Assembly: GCA_963823665.1 (NCBI GenBank)
Contig: CAWGMQ010000010.1
Span: forward strand, 1,280,001 to 1,344,000
Direction: 5' to 3'
DNA: 64,000 bases
Source: an uncultured Planctomycetota bacterium
GTDB taxonomy: Bacteria > Planctomycetota > Planctomycetia > Isosphaerales > Isosphaeraceae
The position numbers and the translations under genes are program-made. Positions 21,627 through 31,699 of this stretch are shown here, piece after piece; within the stretch, counting starts at the first letter, position 1; each line of letters begins with the position of its first letter. The notes beneath the pieces are model-generated. The model saw only the letters and a list, made by a program, of their open reading frames with translations. It did not search any database and was not told the origin of the DNA.

Positions 21627-24600
21627 ATGATTCGCACGCACTGCCGATCCGCCCGACGCCCGAATCTGGAGTCGCTCGAAGACCGCCGATTGCTCTCGAC
21701 GTTCACGGTCGAGAACACCAATTCTTCGGGAACCGGCTCGCTGGCACTGGCGATCGGCAGTGCCGACGCCGACAGGCAGGCCAACACGATCACCTTCGAC
21801 CCGAACGTCTTCGGCACGCCACAGACGATCGCTGTCGGTGGTACTGTACCGCTCGTGCTAACCGATTCCAGCGGGCTCCAGACGCTCACGGGCCCGGCGG
21901 CGGGTGTGACGATCGAAGGCAACGGCCAGAGCGTTGTATTCGAGGTGGCAAATGGCGTCACCGCGACCCTCTCCGGCCTGACCATCACGAAGGGGAACGG
22001 CCGCAAGGGCGGCGCGCTGTACAACGCAGGCACGGTGACGCTCACCGGCTGCACGATCAGCGGAAACTCCGCGGATTACGGTGCGGGCATGGAAAACTAC
22101 GCGGGCACGGCGACGCTCACCGGCTGCACGATCAGCGGGAACTCAGCGGGATTCGCCGGCGGTGGGGTATACAGCAAACGAGGCACGGTGACGCTCACCG
22201 ACTGCACGATCAGCGGAAACACCGCGGCACAAGTAAATGGTGGATTAACCAACGGTGGCACGGCGACGCTCACCGGCTGCACGATCAGCGGAAACTCCGC
22301 GAAATACGGCGGCGGGGTGTACAACTTCACTTATGGGACCGCGACGCTCACCGACTGTACGATCAGCGGTAATTCCGCGGAAATTAGAGGCGGGGGGCTG
22401 TCCAATCAAGGCACGGCGACTCTCACCGACTGCACGATCAGTGGAAACTCCTCGGTAGACGGCGCCGGCGTGTACAACAGCTCCCACAAGGCGACGCTCA
22501 CCGGGACAATCGTCGCGGGAAACTCCGATCAGAGCGTCCCCGACGACATCGGCGGCTTCGCGGCGACCGCCGTCACCGGATCTTTTAACTTGATCGGTAC
22601 GGGCGGTTCGGGCGGCATTGTCAATGGCTCACAGGGCAACATCGTCCTGACCAGCCTCGAGGGCCTCGGCCTGGCCCCGCTGGGCGATTTCGGCGGGGCG
22701 ACCGAAACCTTGGCTCTCCTGCCCGGCAGCCCGGCCCTCGGCAAGGGCACTGTCGCCGATTACCCGGGCACGACTACACCGATCACGACCGACCAGCGCG
22801 GCTTCCCGGTCGATGCGCCTAACCCCGACATCGGCGCCTTCCAGGGCGTCAACCTGGAGGTCGAGTCGACGAGCGGCTCGGTCGACATGCAGCCCTCCAG
22901 TTTGACCCTACCCGGGGCGATCAGTTTGGCCAATAGCCTCGAGCGGACCACCATCACGTTCGACCCGGCCGTCTTCGCCATGCCACAGACGATCACCCTG
23001 GCCGGGAGCCCACTCGAGCTGAGCAATGCCGGCTCGACCACATCGATCATGAGCCCGGCGGCGGGCGTGACGATCAGCGGCGCGGGCCAGAGCAGCGTGT
23101 TCGCGCTGGAAAACGGCGCGAGCGCGACCCTGTCGGGCCTGACCATCACGGACGGGAATAGCCGCTTCGGCGGCGGGGTGGACAATCTTTCTGGCGCGGC
23201 CACGCTCACCGACTGCACGCTCACCGGAAACTCCGCGGGAAGCAATGGCGGCGGGGTATACAATGGCCTTGGCACTACCACGCTCACCGACTGCACGATC
23301 AGCGGAAATTCCGCGGGAAGCGGCGGCGGGGTGGACAACAGCGCGGGTACGGTAATGCTCACCGACTGCACGATCAGCGGAAACTCCGGGTCAGACGGCG
23401 GGGTGTACAACGGCGGCACGGCGACACTCACCGGCACGATCGTCGCCGGCAATACGAACCCTTCCGGCGCTAGCGACATCGGCGGGCCAACCAAGGTTTC
23501 GGGCTCGAGCTCGAACAACCTGATCGGCATCGGCGGCGCGGGCGGGCTAACCAGTGGCACCAGCAACAACATCGTCCTGACTAGCCTCGCGGGCCTGGGT
23601 CTGGCGCCGCTGGGATTCTACGGCGGGCCGACCCAGACCATTGCGTTGCTACCGGGCAGCGCGGCCATCGGCGCGGGGATCGCCGTTAGCGGGCTGACCA
23701 CCGACCAGCGCGGCCTCCCCCGCATCGTCGGCGGTGTTGTGGACATCGGCGCCTTCGAGTCGTCGGGGTTCAGCCTGGCCATCACGACCGGCAACGACCA
23801 GTCCACCAGCGTCGGCACTGCGTTTCCGAACGCGCTGCAAGTGACCGTCACGCCCAAGAACGCCGGTGACCCGGTCAATGGTGGCGTCGTCACATTCACT
23901 CCGCCGGCGAGCGGCCCTGGGGCGACGCTCACCCCGTCGGCTCCAGTGACGATCGCCTCGGGTAGTGCCTCCGTCATGGCGACCGCCAACGGTACTGCGG
24001 GCGATCCCTATCTGGTCACGGCCGCGACCACCGGGGCATCGTCGGTTTCGTTCACATTGACCAACAACCCCGCTGGGTCTTACTCGACGCTCGTCAGCCT
24101 CGGGTCCTCGGAAAGCCTGTCGACCTACGGGCAGCCGGTGATTTTTACGGCAACCGTCAACAATACCAGCGCCAGCGGCGGAATCCCCACCGGCAGCGTC
24201 GAGTTCTTTGACGGCACTACCGACCTCGGGGCCGGGACACCCTTGAGCGGCAGTGGAACCAGCGCGAGATCGACGTTCAGCGCCGCGAGGCTGCCGGCCG
24301 GAACCGACTCGATCAGTGCGCTCTACACGGCGACTGGGGGTTTTGCCGGCGGCACCGGCACGCTGGGCCAGACCGTCAATCCGGCTGTGCTCACGGTCTC
24401 GGGCCTCACAGCCGCGAACAAGGTCTACAATGCCAGCACCGCAGCCACTCTCAACACATCAAGCGCGACGCTGGTGGGCGTGGACAGCGGCGATTTAGTC
24501 AACTTGAATACCGGCGCCGCCACCGGCACGTTCGCCTCCAAGAATACTGGCACCGACATCAAGGTCACGGTGGCCGGCCTGACGATCGTCGGGGCCCAGG

Positions 24601-25322
24601 CGATCGATTACACGCTCTCCGAGCCGACGACGACGGCCGGCATCACCCCGGCCCCGCTCACGGTATCGGGCATCACGGCCGCGAACAAGGTCTTTAGCGC
24701 CAGCACCGCGGCCACCCTGAATACCTCGGGCGCGACTCTGGTGGGCGTGTTCAGTGGCGATACGGTCAGTCTCAAAACCGGCAGCGCCACCGGCACGTTC
24801 GCCTCCCAGAATGTGGGCACGGGCATCACGGTCACGGTGGCCGGTCTGACCATCGTCGGGGCCCAGTCGGCCAACTACACGCTCACCCAGCCGACGACAA
24901 CGGCCAGCATCACTCCGACGGCCACGCAGCGACCAATGATCATCAGCGAGCAGGCGTTGATCGTTCGCAAGACCAGCAAGAAAGGAAAGCCGGTCGGCAA
25001 ACCGGTTCTCGGCGGCTACGTGTTCGATTTCAGCAGCGCGCTCGATCCTTCATCCGCAGCGAATTCCGGCAATTACCAGGTCGATAACGTCGTCCGCAAG
25101 CGCGTGAAGAAAAAGGTCGTGAGTACGCTGCATCCGATCACCAGTTTCAACGCGTCCTACAGCAACGACGTGGTCACGATCAAGTTCGCGGGTAAGCAAG
25201 CGTTCAAGACCGGGGGCCAGATCACGGTCCTGAGCGGTGTGACCGGCCCGTCGGGCGCCGCGCTTCAGGGAACGACGGTGTTTACGATCTCCAAGCGCGG
25301 GAAGGGCATCACGCCGTCGTGA
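21627..25322 (+). CDS. Large extracellular adhesin-like protein: beta-helix repeats, choice-of-anchor-Q-like, Ig-like and YDG-like repeats
   Basis: Leader RRPNLESLEDRRLLS; many TLTxCTISGNSAxxGGGVYN repeats; GGPTQTIALLPGS..TDQRG..DIGAFE; repeated AANKVYN/AANKVFS units; AGGAG RBS. Confidence 0.88.
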   Translation: MIRTHCRSARRPNLESLEDRRLLSTFTVENTNSSGTGSLALAIGSADADRQANTITFDPNVFGTPQTIAVGGTVPLVLTDSSGLQTLTGPAAGVTIEGNGQSVVFEVANGVTATLSGLTITKGNGRKGGALYNAGTVTLTGCTISGNSADYGAGMENYAGTATLTGCTISGNSAGFAGGGVYSKRGTVTLTDCTISGNTAAQVNGGLTNGGTATLTGCTISGNSAKYGGGVYNFTYGTATLTDCTISGNSAEIRGGGLSNQGTATLTDCTISGNSSVDGAGVYNSSHKATLTGTIVAGNSDQSVPDDIGGFAATAVTGSFNLIGTGGSGGIVNGSQGNIVLTSLEGLGLAPLGDFGGATETLALLPGSPALGKGTVADYPGTTTPITTDQRGFPVDAPNPDIGAFQGVNLEVESTSGSVDMQPSSLTLPGAISLANSLERTTITFDPAVFAMPQTITLAGSPLELSNAGSTTSIMSPAAGVTISGAGQSSVFALENGASATLSGLTITDGNSRFGGGVDNLSGAATLTDCTLTGNSAGSNGGGVYNGLGTTTLTDCTISGNSAGSGGGVDNSAGTVMLTDCTISGNSGSDGGVYNGGTATLTGTIVAGNTNPSGASDIGGPTKVSGSSSNNLIGIGGAGGLTSGTSNNIVLTSLAGLGLAPLGFYGGPTQTIALLPGSAAIGAGIAVSGLTTDQRGLPRIVGGVVDIGAFESSGFSLAITTGNDQSTSVGTAFPNALQVTVTPKNAGDPVNGGVVTFTPPASGPGATLTPSAPVTIASGSASVMATANGTAGDPYLVTAATTGASSVSFTLTNNPAGSYSTLVSLGSSESLSTYGQPVIFTATVNNTSASGGIPTGSVEFFDGTTDLGAGTPLSGSGTSARSTFSAARLPAGTDSISALYTATGGFAGGTGTLGQTVNPAVLTVSGLTAANKVYNASTAATLNTSSATLVGVDSGDLVNLNTGAATGTFASKNTGTDIKVTVAGLTIVGAQAIDYTLSEPTTTAGITPAPLTVSGITAANKVFSASTAATLNTSGATLVGVFSGDTVSLKTGSATGTFASQNVGTGITVTVAGLTIVGAQSANYTLTQPTTTASITPTATQRPMIISEQALIVRKTSKKGKPVGKPVLGGYVFDFSSALDPSSAANSGNYQVDNVVRKRVKKKVVSTLHPITSFNASYSNDVVTIKFAGKQAFKTGGQITVLSGVTGPSGAALQGTTVFTISKRGKGITPS

Positions 25323-25345
25323 TCCCCCCTTTCCGCCAAGACCCT

Positions 25346-25366
25346 ATTTTGAGTCCGGCGCGTCTG
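25346..25366 (-). repeat. tRNA-Leu(CAA) D-arm/anticodon fragment, att-like
   Basis: attttgagtccggcgcgtctg matches 12088-12108 at 19/21. Confidence 0.7.
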
Positions 25367-25399
25367 GCATAAGTCTGACGTTGGAAGGGCGACGAGATG

Positions 25400-26192
25400 G
25401 CCAGCTCGATGCCGTCGGTCTTGTTGTTCGAGACCGTGTTACCGGAGATCGTCCCGCTCGTAGAAGTGCTCACCAGGATGCCCTGACCCTGACCGGGGAG
25501 GCCGTTCGACGTGATCTGGTTGTAAAGGACGCGCATACCAGTCGAGTCGCCCACGTCAATGCCGTCGTTGGTCGACAACGTGACGGTATTCAGCTCGATC
25601 GTGTTGCTGTTCGACTGCAGTAACGAGACGCCGAGACTATTGCCCGAGACCGTATTGCCGGAGGCGGTATTCCCGCTCGACAGGTCGAGCGAGAGGCCGG
25701 TCCCCTGGCTGTTTTTGACCGTGTTGTTGTCGATAGCAAGCCCGCTGCTCTGCGTGACTCGAACCCGTCGAGCCCCGAGTTCTGGACAACGTTGCCGCGG
25801 ATGATGTCGTTCGTCGCCGCGGAGACGCTCAGTCCCTTGTCCTTACTGTTGATGATCAGATTGGCTTCGACCACCGCGTTGCGCTCACCGGAAAGAACCA
25901 CGCCGACATCGCTGTCCTGGACGACATTGTCGAAGAAGGTGGTGTTGCTCACGCCGGAGCCGTCGTCGATGCCATGGCCCGACGGGCTCTGCACTGTGAA
26001 CCCGTTGAATGTTGAATTGCTGCCGGTGATGGAATCAGTGCCCACGACGATCGACTCGTTGGCCGCGTTTGTCCGCGTCAACTGGTTTGGATTGACGTTG
26101 GTCTGGGCGCCCTCGATATCAATCGCGCCTTTCACGGTCACATTTCCGTTGTAGGTTCCGGGTCCAACTTCGATGGTATCTCCCGGCTTCAT
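25400..26192 (-). pseudogene. NosD-like right-handed beta-helix protein remnant
   Basis: PGDTIEVGPGTY, then N-rich repeats spread across frames; no leader; breaks off next to the tRNA fragment. Confidence 0.65.
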
Positions 26193-26194
26193 AA

Positions 26195-26280
26195 GTAGGT
26201 CAGGCTTTAGCCTGACGTCTCCACAGCGTCACGCTACGAAACCCGGTTCATGGCGAAAATGCGTCAGACTGAAGCCTGAC
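26195..26280. repeat. GTAG-type REP palindrome pair
   Basis: GTAG-gtcaggctttagcctgac at 26195-26216 and inverted gtcagactgaagcctgac at 26263-26280. Confidence 0.7.
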
Positions 26281-26485
26281 TCCGTGCTTCCCGCCCTTCT
26301 CGGGCAATTCTGTTTTCGGCGGCACGCACGCAGCGCAGCCTGATTGACGAGCCAATCCCCGTCGAACCCAGACGGGGGGCAAGTCGAGTTCCGCCGCGCT
26401 TGATCTGGGGCTGAGCTTCGCGGACACTATGACAACCTTGTGGCACACGCTGGTGCGTCCGCCACTTCGATCAGGGGGCCCGATC

Positions 26486-29156
26486 GTGCCCATTCTCATT
26501 TGCAGGCCCAGGGCGCTGACAGACCAGCAATTGCAACTCGCGGCCCAGCGCAGCATCGAGCTCAACCCGGCCAATGCGGTGGATTCCCGGACTGTCGAAC
26601 GGACGACGGTCGGCCGCCGGGGCGGACCGCGACGCCTCGCGCTGCTGGTGGGAAACCGCTGGCCGGCCGCCGGCATGACGTTGACGGTTCAGTTTCTTGA
26701 TAATCCCAGCACCGCGCTCAGGAAAAAGATTCTGGAGCATATGAATGCCTGGAACACCTCCTGCAGCATCAACTTTGTCGAGACGCAACGTGACGGCATG
26801 GTTCGCCTCGCCAGGTATAACCATCCGAAGGATGTGGCGGGATACTGGTCGTACGTCGGAACGCAGATCCTGGGGATCAAGGCCGGTGAGCCTACACTCA
26901 ACCTCGAAGGCTTCACCGCGCGCACGTCGGACGCCGAGTTCAAGCGCGTGGTGCGGCACGAGGCTGGGCACACGCTTGGTTTTGAGCACGAACACATGCG
27001 GTCGGAGCTGGTAGAGCGGATCGACCGGCGTAAGGCGATCGCGTACTACGATAGCACGCAAGGCTGGACCGCGAAGGAGACGAAAAACCAGGTGCTCACA
27101 CCGCTGGCGGCGAGTTCGATCATGGGGACGACCGAGGCCGACCCAATTTCGATTATGTGCTACGAGATTCCGGCGGCAATCACCAAGGACGGCAAGCCGA
27201 TTCGCGGCGGTGAGGATATCAACCCCAAGGACTATCAGTTTGCGGCCAAGGTTTATCCCAAGCGTCCGCCCCAGGGCCACGCCGCCGTACCACCACCGCC
27301 CCCTCCCGGCGATGCGGCTTACGTCCCCTCCTACGCCGTCGCGGCACCGACGGACAGCGACACGCTGCACATCGTCGTCATGGACGAGTTCGATCCGAAG
27401 AAGGGCGTGCCGACCGGTTCGGATGAGCCCCGATTCGCCCGCGTTCTTGCCACCTACGCAGGCGCGCGCGTGACCGGTACGATGCGCCTGCGAGCCGAAC
27501 CCGGCGAGCCGCGAACGAACTTCGGGAAAATCATCGGCACTCACGAACGGATCAAGAAGTATACGAACCACGACGAGGGCACTCTCCCGAGCGACCAGGA
27601 GCTGCTCCGGTTCGGCAGCGACCTTTTCGAGGCGATGTTCCAGGGAGACGTGCGGCGCCTGTACGACGAGGCTCGCGCCCGCCAGCAGAATCGCAAACTC
27701 GATATCGTGCTCACTTCGATGATCCCCTGGATCGCCGAGAAGCCCTGGGAGTTCGCCTATGATGCCGGACGCGAAAGCTTCTTGGCGACGGAAGAGGTGC
27801 ACCTGGTCCGCAATGTGTTGACGTCGGTGCCGGCCAGTGCGATTCCGCCGAAACCTGGACCAGTGCGGATCCTGGTGGCAGCGGCCCAGCCGGTCGGATT
27901 GGGACAACTCTCGGTCGACGAGGAGATCGAGGTCGTCCGCCGGGGCTTCGGGCCCTTGGAAGACGAGCATCTGGTCTCCGTCGAGGTCCTGCCTCGCGCC
28001 ACGCCGCGCGGCCTTCAGGCTCGCTTGGCCACGGGCAGCTTTACGGTGGTCCACTTCATCGGACACAGTACGTTCGACGAGAAAACGCAAGAAGGCGTGA
28101 TGTTCTTCGAGGATGATCAGGGCGGACAACTCCGCCTCAACCCGCGCTCGGTCCGCGAGATCTTCTGTAAGCGCGGCGTCGCTCTGGTCTTCCTCAACTC
28201 CTGTGAAAGCGGTTCGGGCGCCCGGCACAACTTCAATCGCGGCGTGGCGCAGGCGATGGTGTCGCACGGTCTGCCGGCCGTGATCGCGAACCAGTACAGC
28301 GTGCTCGACTCCTCGGCGACTTCGTTCGCGCAGCATTTCTACTGGTCGATCGCAAACGGGATGAGCATTGGCCAGGCAGCCTGCGAGGCGAGGATCGCGG
28401 TGAACTGTTCGCTGAGCGGTGAGATCATCGACTGGGCCGTGCCCGTCGTGTATGTCCGCGACCCAAACATGACCATCTGCGTCAAACCGGACAAAGCTGT
28501 CCCGCCGGTCGTCGCCGTGCGCAGGATCGGCCCGCCGCGCCCTCGAGGACCGGCCCGTTCGCGTTGCCGTTTGGGACATCGATAGCGTGTTTCCCTCGCT
28601 CAGCCATACGCTCGACCGCATGAATCGCGCCCAACCGACGTTCGGGTTCGAGCTGGCGGCCCTCTCGGCGCCGATCGATGCGTGGTACGTCGATGAGCGG
28701 GCTCCCGACGGCACACCCTACCTGTGGGCCGAGAGGCTCGCCGGCCGTCTCAAAGACTTGACGGTTGAGCTAAGGGTGAACGTACTCGCGTGCATCACGC
28801 GACACTGGCTGCGCGATGACAACTGGCTTAACATCTACGGCTGGTGGCCCGCCAAACAAAAGCCACCGGTCATCATCTTTTCCTGCGCGGGATTTGATGA
28901 TTTGAAGCCCTCCGGGCCGGATACCGACCGCGCGATCGCAAACGTCACCGTGACTTGCTTGGCGGGGTTTTTCGGTGACCTCGACTCGCACGCGCGGGCA
29001 CCGAATGACTGCCCGCTCGCACTTGACCGCGAGCGCGACTTTGCTGTCCTGATCGGCAGGCAGGCCTTCGATTCACGCTGCCGCGCCAAGCTCAAAGCGA
29101 AGATTCTCCAACAACACCTCACCGCGCTCGAGGCCCTGCTCAAACCATTACCGTAG
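26486..29156 (+). CDS. Metzincin (astacin/M12-like) protease + CHAT caspase-like domain + C-terminal domain; frameshift near 28520
   Basis: HEAGHTLGFEH and Met-turn SIMCY; CHAT dyad VHFIGH and VFLNSC, plus VIANQY and DWAVPVVY. The frame of ORF 28587-29156 extends upstream as SARRALEDRPVRVAVWDIDSVFP, implying one gene. GTG start follows AGGGGG. Confidence 0.8.
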
Positions 29157-29170
29157 ATTGGAGCATCGCG

Positions 29171-30349
29171 ATGGCGAAGACGCAGAAGACAACGTCCGCT
29201 CGCAAGCCTTCAACTCGAAAAAGAGCCGCGAAGCGAGCGACTGCCACATCGACGCCAGCGAGGCCTGCGCGCCAAACGGCGATAGCCGTACCTGCCAGCG
29301 CGATGACTGGCGGGCCGGTGACACTGGACGAGGCCCGGGCCCTGGCTCAGGCGCCATCGCCCGCACGGACGCTGCGAAGGGCTGGTGCGCCGGCCCAGCA
29401 AGCGGCCACACATGCTTCCGTCGCGGATGAGCGCGACAAGCTCGACAATCAGATCCGTGAAGAAAACGAGCGGCGCGTCCGCGAGTACAAGGCGATGATG
29501 GACATCATGAAGAGCCGAGGTGTAAAGGGATTGGCACCCGCTGCGGCGGCCGCACCCGGTCCGAGACGCCGACGGGCCGCCGCCGCCGCCGCGGCGCCCG
29601 CTCGGCCACCCTTGCAGATCTTCGCGGAGGGGGATTCGTGGTTCGATTACCCGGTTCCCTTTTTCGGGGGTGGTGTCGTGCCGCGTCTCGAACGCCGGCT
29701 GGGTGTGCCGATCCTCAGCCTCGCCAAGGCCGGAGATGAAGTGCGGAATATGCTCGGAGTCGAGGAGCGCGAGATCCTCGCGCAGCAACTCGAGGATGGC
29801 TCGCCGGCCGGTGGGCGCTGGGATGTGCTGCTGTTCTCCGGAGGTGGCAACGACATCGTCGGCAATCCCATGGCACTCTGGATTCAGGACTTCAATAAAT
29901 CCGTTCCACCTGCCAACTTGATCAGCACATCGCGGTTCACCGCCGCCCTGGCGCTCGTGCGAGCCGGCTACGAAGACCTGATCACGCTTCGCGACACGAT
30001 CAGTCCCACCACGCATCTCGTGTTCCACGGTTATGACTTCGCCATTCCCGACGGTCGCGGGATTTGCGGCTTCGGTCCCTGGTTGAAGCCCACGTTCGAC
30101 CTGCGCGGGTTTCCCGCGAGGACTGCCGCGACCGCGGTCGTCAAAGCGATGCTGCTTCAGTTCGCGGCGATGTTGCAGGCGCTGGCGCCGCTTCACAACG
30201 CGGTGACATTCATCAACACGCAAGGGACTTTGCCGCCCGTGACCAGTTCGTGGGATAACGAGCTGCATCCGTCCAAGAACGGCTTCGACATGATCGCCGC
30301 GGTCTTCCATACGAACCTGAAGACGTTATTTCCGGGTCGCGTATTGTGA
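29171..30349 (+). CDS. SGNH/GDSL hydrolase with a long basic N-terminal extension
   Basis: AEGDSWFDYP (block I Ser), SGGGNDI (block III), WDNELHP (block V His); about 145 aa of Ala/Arg-rich and coiled sequence before the domain. Confidence 0.88.
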   Translation: MAKTQKTTSARKPSTRKRAAKRATATSTPARPARQTAIAVPASAMTGGPVTLDEARALAQAPSPARTLRRAGAPAQQAATHASVADERDKLDNQIREENERRVREYKAMMDIMKSRGVKGLAPAAAAAPGPRRRRAAAAAAAPARPPLQIFAEGDSWFDYPVPFFGGGVVPRLERRLGVPILSLAKAGDEVRNMLGVEEREILAQQLEDGSPAGGRWDVLLFSGGGNDIVGNPMALWIQDFNKSVPPANLISTSRFTAALALVRAGYEDLITLRDTISPTTHLVFHGYDFAIPDGRGICGFGPWLKPTFDLRGFPARTAATAVVKAMLLQFAAMLQALAPLHNAVTFINTQGTLPPVTSSWDNELHPSKNGFDMIAAVFHTNLKTLFPGRVL

Positions 30350-30361
30350 GCATGGAAACAC

Positions 30362-31693
30362 TTACGCAAGCATCGACTTATGATCGACGGCTGGTGTTGC
30401 ATGCCCGGCCGCGACGGCCGCGCTGATCGGTTCGATGATCGCGAGCGCCGAGAATAGCGCAGTGGCGAGTGTGAGATCAAGTAGTTCGGCGTCTGAGAGC
30501 CCAAGCGCAAGGATCTTGCGGATCTGTTGATCGCTGATCGTATAGGCCGCGTTCGCCACCTGCCACGAATATCGGCGACACGCCGACACGAGACTCGAAT
30601 CGGTGGGGGCAGATGACGGAGCAGCCCACAAGAGGAGTGTATTCGAATCGGGCAACGACCCCTGGGACAGCCACAGGTCGACCGCCCTGCTCAGGCCCGA
30701 ACCCGACATCGCCCGAGATGCCACGGCGATCGCCGCCGCTTCTTTCAAAAGGTCGAAACGGACGCCGGCGCTCGTGACGTTGACTTCGATCATCTCGAGT
30801 ACCCCCTCGAGCACCACCGGCGATCGACTCAACCAGTTGAAGACGTCGGGCACATCCCCTGCACCTAGACGCTCAAACACGACACCGAGCCGATCCAGCA
30901 GTTCTTCCGGCGAATGACGGGGTTGATGCTTGTAAGAGAGGTCATAAGTCAGACCGGTCAGCCACGCCATCCGCCGCTCGACCCAGCCCCGGATCGGCTT
31001 CAACTCGCGAAGGAATTCGTATTCGAGCCGCACGCGTCGCGCGTCCGCGATGCGATTGACGGCGTTAAACGCAAACACGACGCCCGCCGTCTCGAGCAGG
31101 AGATCCGCGTCGCCTATACGGGCCGCGGCCGAGGCGATCCAGTCGACATCCAGGTGTGTCACGGGCGAGGCGATCGTCGCGTGCGCCGCCAGCGCGATGA
31201 GCAAGCTCTCGGCACCCGTACAACCTGCCCGCTCGACGCGCTCGGCGATCCGCTCTGGGTCCAGTACCGGACGCCCAGCGGGGAACCCATTACTTATACT
31301 TGAGTTATTAAGTGTAAGGAGACGGATATCTCCCGAGGCCTGTCCGTCGTGTGGAGATCGGATCGCCTCTGTGACGGCGTCGACCAGGTCGTGTGCTTTA
31401 CCGAAATCGGATCCTGCAGCCTGCAGGAAGAGCAGATGCTCCGACGTTCAGTAGAAGCACTGGTTGGCCGCCGAAATTGCTACCGCGATCGACTCCCGTA
31501 ATCGCCGTGTACCGGCCTCGCCGCCCCACATGAGAGACAGCCAGGTCTTCTTGAACGAAGCCTGGTAGGTGGGCCGGCAACGGAACGTCTCGGCGATGCT
31601 CGGGTTCGTCCAGATATAACGCCCGGCGAGTTGCCTGGTCGCGCGAACCAGCGCACTTGTGATCAAGCTACCCATCGTCAGGTAAACCCCCAT
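30362..31693 (-). CDS. AhpD/carboxymuconolactone-decarboxylase-like protein with an in-frame TGA at the CxxC position (putative selenoprotein)
   Basis: RESIAVAISAANQCFY[TGA]TSEH; the frame stays open into ORF 30362-31204, which has DLLLETAGVVFAFNAVNRIADA and GLSDAELLDL. Confidence 0.75.
31407..31447 (-). promoter_or_regulatory. Candidate bacterial SECIS stem-loop
   Basis: After the UGA: acg-UCGGA-gcaucugcucu-UCCUGCA-ggc-UGCAGGA-UCCGA; apical loop starts with G, 26 nt from the UGA. Confidence 0.55.
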
Positions 31694-31699
31694 TCGGGA

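Noticed and set aside
21990..22500. CRISPR or DGR signal in the regular repeats
   Set aside because: The repeats are in-frame beta-helix coding units; no reverse transcriptase or adenine-specific variation seen.
26471..28714. 747-aa minus-strand ORF
   Set aside because: Shadow of the metzincin-CHAT gene.
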